Positions 56,200 to 64,000 of a stretch of DNA of 64,000 nucleotides are shown here, piece after piece. How positions within the stretch are numbered: position 1 is the stretch's first letter; each line of letters opens with the position of its first letter. The translations under genes were made by a program, and so were the position numbers. The DNA is taken from NCBI RefSeq assembly GCF_006345805.1, contig NC_043004.1:99696001-99760000 (forward strand). Direction: 5' to 3'. Source of the DNA: Octopus sinensis. Lineage: Eukaryota. The notes beneath the pieces were generated by a model. The model did no database searches, was not told where the DNA came from, and was given only the letters and a program-made list of their open reading frames with translations.

Positions 56200-59100
56200 G
56201 CAATTAAGGACAACTACTTAATAAGGAAAACTTAACAAGAAATTGTAGGTAGATAGCGTAAAAACCTCATAAGAGAAAAAATTTCGAAAATAATTATTTC
56301 TTATTGAACATATTAATTTATATATAGAGGGCATATACATACATGCCAGGAGGCATTCTACATACACGCCATACGCTAAGAGGGACAATCAGTCATTTCT
56401 ACCAAAAATATTACTAATCCCACCGAATGCATTTTTCAAAGAAAGACATTTAAAAATATATAGACCTGTATCACAGTGATTTCATACTTACGTAATCATC
56501 AGCAGGCCTGAATATACTATAAATAAACAACGACCCTGCTTCGCTTAAGCCGATCAGCTAACTGATCAACATCAACGAAGCACATGGGTAGGTTTATATA
56601 TACTATATCCGGATGAATGGCAAACTTTTACGAATTGCATTTCGGGAGAGGAAAAGTTTTTTCGGAATAAAATTTAGCAATTAAGGACAACTACTTAATA
56701 AGGAAAACTTAACAAGAAATTGTCAGGTAGATAGCGTAAAAACCTCATAAGAGAAAAAATTCGAAAATAATTATTTCTTATTGAACATATTAATTTAATA
56801 TAGAGGCATTATACATACATGCCAGGAGGCATTCTACATACACGCCATACGCTAGAGGGACAATCAGTCATTTCTACCAAAAATATTACTAATCCCACCG
56901 AATGCAATTTTTCAAAGAAAGACATTTAAAAATATATAGACCTGTATCACAGGATTTCATACTTACGTAATCATCAGCAGGCCTGAATATACTATAAATA
57001 AACAACGACCCTGCTTCGCTTAAGCCGATCAGCTACTGATCAACATCAACGAAGCACATGGGGGGGTTTATATATACTAATCCGGATGAATGGCAAACTT
57101 TTACGAATTGCATTTCGGGAGAGGAAAAGTTTTTTCGGAATAAAAATTTAGCAATTAAGGACAACTACTTAATAAGGAAAACTTAACAAGAAATTGTCAG
57201 GTAGATAGCGTAAAAACCTCATAAGAGAAAAAATTTCGAAAATAATTATTTCTTATTGAACATATTAATTTATATATAGAGGGCATTATACATACATGCA
57301 GGAGGCATTCTACATACACGCCATACGCTAAGAGGGACAATCAGTCATTTCTACCAAAAATATTACTAATCCCACCGAATGCAATTTTTCAAAGAAAGAC
57401 ATTAAAAATATATAGACCTGTATCACAGGATTTCATACTTACGTAATCATCAGCAGGCCTGAATATACTATAAAAAACAACGACCCTGCTTCGCTTAAGC
57501 CGATCAGCTAACTGATCAACATCAACGAAGCACATGGGTAGGTTTATATATACTATATCCGGATGAATGGCAAACTTTTACGAATTGCATTTCGGGAGAG
57601 GAAAAGTTTTTTCGGAATAAAAATTTAGCAATTAAGGACAACTACTTAATAAGGAAAACTTAACAAGAAATTGTCAGGTAGATAGCGTAAAAACCTCATA
57701 AGAGAAAAAATTTCGAAAATAATTATTTCTTATTGAACATATTAATTTATATATAGAGGGCATTATACATACATGCCAGAGGCATTTACATACACGCCAT
57801 ACGCTAAGAGGGACAATCAGTCATTTCTACCAAAAATATTACTAATCCACCGAATGCAATTTTTCAAAGAAAGACATTTAAAAATATATAGACCTGTATC
57901 ACAGTGATTTCATACTTACGTAATCATCAGCAGGCCTGACAATTTCTTGTTAAGTTTTCCTTATTAAGTAGGTCTTAATTGCTAAATTTTTATTCCGAAA
58001 AAACTTTTCCTCTCCCGAAATGCAATTCGTAAAAGTTTGCCATTCATCCGGATATAGTATATATAAACCTACCATGTGCTTCGTTGATGTTGATCAGTTA
58101 GCTGATCGGCTTAGCGAAGCAGGGTCGTTGTTTATTTATAGTATATTCAGGCTGCTGATGATTACGTAAGTATGAAATTACTGTGATACAGGTCTATATA
58201 TTTTTAAATGTCTTTCTTTGAAAAATTGCATTCGGTGGGATTAGTAATATTTTTGGTAGAAATGAAGATTGTCCCTCTTAGCGTATGGCGTGTATGTAGA
58301 ATGCCTCCTGGCATGTATGTATAATGCCCTCTATATATAAATTAATATGTTCAATAAGAAATAATTATTTTCGAAATTTTTTCTCTTATGAGGTTTTTAC
58401 GCTATCTACCTGACAATTTCTTGTTAAGTTTTCCTTATAAGTAGTTGTCCTTAATTGCAAATTTTTATTCCGAAAAAACTTTTCCTCTCCCGAAATGCAA
58501 TTCGTAAAAGTTTGCCATTCATCCGGATATAGTAATATAAAACCTACCATGTGCTTCGTTGATGTTGATCAGTTAGCTGATCGGCTTAAGCGAAGCAGGG
58601 TCGTTGTTTATTTATAGTATATTCAGGGCTGCTGATGATTACGTAGTATGAAAATCACTGTGATACAGGTCTATATATTTTTAAATGTCTTTCTTTGAAA
58701 AATTGCATTCGGTGGGATTAGTAATATTTTTGGTAGAAATGACTGATTGTCCCTCTTAGCGTATGGCGTGTATGTAGAATGCCTCCTGGCATGTATGTAT
58801 AATGCCCTCTATATATAAATTAATATGTTCAATAAGAAATAATTATTTTCGAAATTTTTTCTCTTATGAGGTTTTTACGCTATCTACCTGACAATTTCTT
58901 GTTAAGTTTTCCTTATAAGTAGTTGTTCCTTAATTGCTAAATTTTTATTCCGAAAAAACTTTTCCTCTCCCGAAATGCAATTCGTAAAAGTTTGCCATTC
59001 ATCCGGATATAGTATATAAAACCTACCATGTGCTTCGTTGATGTTGATCAGTTAGCTGATCGGCTTAAGCGAAGCAGGGTCGTTGTTTATTATAGTATAT

Positions 59101-59774
59101 TCAGGCCTGCTGATGATTACGTAAGTATGAAATCACTGTGATACAGGTCTATATATTTTTAAATGTCTTCTTTGAAAAATTGCATTCGGTGGATTGGGTA
59201 GTAATTTTTGGTAGAAATGACTGATTGTCCCTCTTAGCGTATGGCGTGTATGTAGAATGCCTCCTGGCATGTATGTATAATGCCCTCTATTATAAATTAA
59301 TATGTTCAATAAGAAATATTATTTTCGAAATTTTTTCTCTTATGAGGTTTTTACGCTATCTACCTGACAATTTCTTGTTAAGTTTTCCTTATTAAGTAGT
59401 TGTCCTTAATTGCTAAATTTTTATTCCGAAAAAACTTTTCCTCTCCCGAAATGCAATTCGTAAAAGTTTGCCATTCATCCGGATATAGTATATATAAACC
59501 TACCCATGTGCTTCGTTGATGTGATCAGTTAGCTGATCGCTTAAGCGAAGCAGGGTCGTTGTTTATTTATAGTATATTCAGGCCTGCTGATGATTACGTA
59601 AGTATGAAATACTGTGTGATACAGGTCTATATATTTTTAAATGTCTTTCTTTGAAAAATGCATTCTGCATTCTGGGGGTGGGATAGTAATATTTTTGGTA
59701 GAAATGACTGATTGTCCCTCTTAGCGTATGGCGTGTATGTAGAATGCCTCCTGGCATGTATGTATAATGCCCTC

Positions 59775-59784
<10 letters not shown>
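56196..59784. mobile_element. Array of ~476-bp non-coding hammerhead-bearing units: ~3.65 units one way, then ~3.9 units inverted
   Basis: Left unit starts at 56196, 56673, 57147, 57624. Inversion junction at CCTGA 57935-57939. Right unit starts at 57935, 58409, 58887, 59363. (TA)n on both flanks. Confidence 0.88.
59104..59149 (+). ncRNA. Minimal type I hammerhead ribozyme, representative of 8 copies (+ also near 58150, 58626, 59581; - near 56463, 56939, 57415, 57891)
   Basis: GGCCTG [CTGATGA] T-TAC-gtaa-GTA-T [GAAA] TCAC-t-GTGA [TA] CAGGTC. AUA triplet, palindromic stem III, U-U at the base of stem II. Confidence 0.75.
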
Positions 59785-59819
<35 letters not shown>

Positions 59820-59844
59820 ATTATATATACACATACGTGCATAA

Positions 59845-60062
59845 ATAGGAGTGGGTGCTGTAAAGTTCCTGATCTGGGGTAAAAGAAAAATACAGGCGGA
59901 TCAGTTAATTATATAATTTTATTAAACACATTCCCATCTAAGATACGCACAATTATTGCAGCGGATCTTCAGTTTCTCTAAGCCCTGTAAGGGGGATTTT
60001 CACCTTCAACGAGGTTTTTCACGATACCCTTAAAGCTAGGAACTTTCCAGCAACCATTCGTA
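59845..60062. mobile_element. Mariner-type MITE, second copy
   Basis: GCTGTAAAGTTCCTG...TAGGAACTTTCCAGC TIRs; internal match to 37973-38193. Confidence 0.7.
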
Positions 60063-60581
60063 TATATACATGTATACACCTAAGTATGTTTGTATGTAAG
60101 CCTATATATGTGTATCTGTATAGCAGTGAGGTTATGTAACTTTTTATAATTACTATCCTTCCTATTTGTTGCATCCAGTAGAAATAAACCAACTTCCCAT
60201 GTTCCCAGTGACATGAAAAAAGCAATTCCGGGAATTCGCAGTAATCGAATAATATTTTGAACACTTCTAAACAATGATTACATAATAATCTTGTATGTTA
60301 TTTTACAGCGACACGATTATCTCAACATTTTTTCTAGATCTCCCCCGACATTAGGTAACTCACCTCTCGCTGTTGGAGGAGATAAAATTTTGCAAATAGT
60401 CATGTCGAAAGCAGCTTCATATTGCTGGAAAACAGAAATGATGTTCTACATCTAGAACACTTATCAAATGGATTATTTTATCTGTTACATCAGTGATATA
60501 GATATAAGTGAGTGGCACATATGTGCTATGAAAGAGATAACAATGGCTATATAATAACAACGAAAAATATTTCGCAATATA

Positions 60582-60757
60582 GGCACAGGAGTGGCTGTGT
60601 GGTATGTAGCTTGCTAACCAACCACATGGTTGCGGGTTCAGTCCCACTGCATGGCATCTGGGGCAAATGTCTTCTGCTATAGCCCCGGGCCGACCAATGC
60701 CTTGTGAGTGGATTTGGTAGACGGAAACTGAAAGAAGCCTGTCGGATTATGTATATA

Positions 60758-60812
<55 letters not shown>

Positions 60813-61064
60813 TGTGTGTGTGTGTGTGTTGTGTGTGTGTGTGTGTGTTGTGTGTCTGTGTTTGTCCCCCTAGCATTGCTTGACAACCGATGCTGCGTGT
60901 TTACGTCCTGTCACTTAGCGGTTCGGCAAAAGAGACCGATATAATAAGTACTGGGCTTACAAAGAATAAGTCCCGGGGTCGATTTGCTCGACTAAAGGCG
61001 GTTCTCCAGCATGGCCACAGTCAAATGACTGAAATAAGTAAAAAGAGTAAAAAAAAAAAAGAGT
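60582..61064 (+). mobile_element. SINE family B, full copy
   Basis: Collinear with 2996-3432. Confidence 0.88.
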
Positions 61065-61805
61065 AATATTAAAATTAGAAATTTATTTAGAGTATAGCTG
61101 ATAGTGCACTCATCATCATCATCATCATAATTTTCGCACAACTTTTCTCAGATATAAACAGTAACAAACGAGGAGCATTTGTGCATCTCTATCCCATTTG
61201 CCTACTTGAAAAAACGTCTCAAGGGTAATACTGCAGCATTCGACCCTCTAGCAAGACATCTACGTTAAGGTTACCTCCTAATAGTACTCCCATGGCTAAT
61301 AATAATATCTCTAAAACCCTGCTGGCTATTTTCGACATGTTTAATTAAATAGACACTGAAATTTTATATGTCATGGCAGCTAGATTTGGCTGGTATCCGG
61401 TGCCCGGACGAAGGCTAAATCACGTAAACTGGCGGTGCCAGCACTCATAACAGACAATTCTCGTCTGCTACTATTTATGTCTGTATGTCATGCACCTTGT
61501 GTCGATGGAAGACCTGTCTAGTCTCTAGTACCGCAGTATTCGGTGGTCTAACAAGACATACACTTTAAGCTTAATACTGTTTCGCTAATAATTATGTGTG
61601 TGTATATATATATATATACATCCATATATATATAATTCCAAGAGAGTTAGAGGTTGTGAAACCAACCAACTAAGGGATAATATTCATCCAATATACTGCT
61701 GGTAGAATACCCAATTATTAATACACAATTGTTATTTATTGCGTGGCAGTTGCACTACTGAATGAAATAAATGGATGAGAGTAAAAATTTGTTTTACCCT
61801 TAATT

Positions 61806-62157
61806 TATACAGCAAAAAGAAAATTGAGGGGCTCAAGAGGTAGGATTCCTCAAATTTTAGACATTATTTTATGTCTATTTATTTATAAAAAAAAAACAAT
61901 TATAACAATGTACATACACGTATAACATATGCTTTACATATATAAAAAATACCAGTAATTATTAAAATATATATGTTCTACGTTATATATTTTAATAATT
62001 ACTGGTATTTTTATATATGTGTAGCGTTATATGTTAGAGATGTATGTATATTGTTATAATTAATATTTTTATAAATAAATATATAGAGATAATATAATGT
62101 CTAAAAGCTGATGAATACCAACTCTTGATCCACTTCATTTTCTTAATGCCGTGTATA
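61806..62157. repeat. Diverged ~350-bp fold-back palindrome, centre near 61978
   Basis: AAAAATACCAGTAATTATTAAAATATATA / TATATATTTTAATAATTACTGGTATTTTT, extending to TTTTAGACATTAT / ATAATGTCTAAAA and beyond. Confidence 0.8.
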
Positions 62158-62169
62158 TCTATCTATCTA

Positions 62170-62218
<49 letters not shown>

Positions 62219-62226
62219 ATATTTAC

Positions 62227-62385
62227 GGCGAACTTCTTTCAGTTTCCGTCTACCAAATCCACTCACAAAGCTTTGATAGACCCGAGGCTATAGTAGAAGT
62301 CACTTGCCCGAGGTGCAGTAGAACTGAACCCAGAACCATGTGAGTGGGGAAGCAAAATTCTTACCACAGAGCCATGCCTGCGCCC
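62227..62385 (-). mobile_element. SINE family B 5' half
   Basis: Reverse complement of the family B head (CCTGCGCC...ACTGAACCCAGAACCATGTG). Confidence 0.8.
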
Positions 62386-62583
62386 CGTATATAGCCGATC
62401 ACATATACTATCTAAACGCACACATACCGAAGTTCCACAATATAATGATGGCACAGCATTTCATTTCTCTTTTTTTTCTATTGGGAATTTGTCACGTTTA
62501 TTGGATCAGCTGGAAATTTCCGAGTGTCAGTAGCAGAGCATTAAAAGTTCTCTTTTAAAAACCGTATGCACAACTCAAATTTT

Positions 62584-63345
62584 AGACACAAGGCTCAAAT
62601 TTTAGGGGAAGGGGGAGCAGTCGATTAGATCGACTCCAGTATACAATTGGTACTTGATTTATCAACCCCGAAAGGATGAAAGGCAAAGACGATCCCCGCG
62701 GAATTTGAACTTAGAATGTAAAGATAGAAAAAATAACGATAAGCGTTTCGCTCGGTGTGCTAACGTTTCTTATTTCTTTATTGCCCACAATGGGAAAAAC
62801 ATAGAGAGGACAAACAAGGACAGACAAAGGGATTAAGTCGATTAGATCGATGCCAGTGCGTAACTAGTACTTAATTATCAACCCCGAAAGGATAAAAGGT
62901 AAAGTCGACCTCGGCGGAATTTGAACTCAGAACGTAACGGCAGATGAAATACCTATTTCTTTACTACCCACAAGGGGCTAAATACAGAGGGGACAAACAA
63001 GGACAGACAAACGGATTAAGTCGATTAGATCGACGCCAGTGCGTAACTGGTACTTAATTTATCGACCCCGAAAGGATGAAAGGTAAAGTCGACCTCGGCG
63101 GAATTCGAACTCAGAACGTAACGGCAGATGAAATACCTATTTCTTTACTACCCACAAGGGGCTAAATACAGAGGGGACAAACAATGACAGACAAACGGAT
63201 AAATTCGATTATATCGACCCCAGTGCGTAACTGGTACTTAATTTATCGACCCCGAAAGGATGAAAGGCAAAATCGACCTCGGAACGTAGCGTCAGACGAA
63301 ATACGGCTAAGCGTTTCGCTCTGTGTGCTAACGTTTCTGCCAGCT
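62584..63345 (-). mobile_element. Head-to-tail cluster of four SINE family A copies
   Basis: Units at about 62584-62765, 62766-62953, 62954-63136 and 63137-63345; two junctions read GATGAAATAC|CTATTTCTTTAC. Confidence 0.85.
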
Positions 63346-63930
63346 AACGGGTTTCAATGGCATATATATTCTCCACCTAGAAGGGGCACCGGTCCATTGC
63401 AGGATTACTCATTTTTGGCGGCTGAGTGGACTGGAGCAACATAAAATGAAGTGTTTTGTTCAAGAACACAAAGCTTCGTCCGAAATATCATAGATATTGT
63501 AGTAGAATTTAAACAGGTAAAATTAAATTTCAACTATGCAATGTAAACTTATCTTTCAATGGCCTAGAAGCATTCTTGGGTGGAATAGTTTTCTCAACAA
63601 TATACATAAGAAATAGAAACATGACATGTTGCTATCTTAATATTTATAGAAATATAAGAAATAATTTACTGAAATAAAGAGGTTGGTGAGTTCTTCGTCA
63701 AAGAGTTGCATTTATTTCCATTGTTGAAGTCTTTGCAGAAAGAGAGAATGAGAGAGGGAGAAATGGAAAGCAAAATGCATGAATGCCACAGATTCTTTTG
63801 TTTCTATTTCGTAAACATTCTCTGCACATTTACATTTGTATGAATAAAATCAATAAATCCAAATTGTGCTCTTTGAACAATAGCAGTTCAGAAACAATTT
63901 CTACATATGCACACTAATAAGAATATATAA

Positions 63931-63990
<60 letters not shown>

Positions 63991-64000
63991 AAATATATTT

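Overview
AT-rich, microsatellite-dense, non-genic animal DNA. The SINE families and repeat landscape point to an Octopus (cephalopod) genome; this is an inference from recalled families, not a search. No host protein-coding gene is supported, and almost all ORF-track entries are translated microsatellites. The centrepiece is a young Penelope-like retroelement (PLE) at about 39985-47072. It has a 5'-truncated RT plus GIY-YIG endonuclease reading frame between two near-identical ~2.4-kb inverted arms, each carrying a minimal type I hammerhead ribozyme (HHR) motif near its outer end. Around it are many non-coding elements, mostly in (TA)n tracts, each with its own HHR motif: a 4.1x ~600-bp tandem array (27921-30411), a ~7.5x ~476-bp array with an internal inversion (56196-59784), fold-back elements and single copies. 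The catalytic cores differ at the paired positions 3 and 8 (C3-G8, U3-A8, G3-U8). Together this looks like a PLE-driven, (TA)n-targeted family of ribozyme-bearing, retrozyme-like elements. The window also holds tRNA-derived SINEs (some with clear TSDs, one nested, one self-tandem), R4/Dong-like LINE 3' ends, Tc1/mariner relics and MITEs, Helitron-type elements and a 100-N gap. All ribozyme calls are manual motif and pairing reads; none has been tested.
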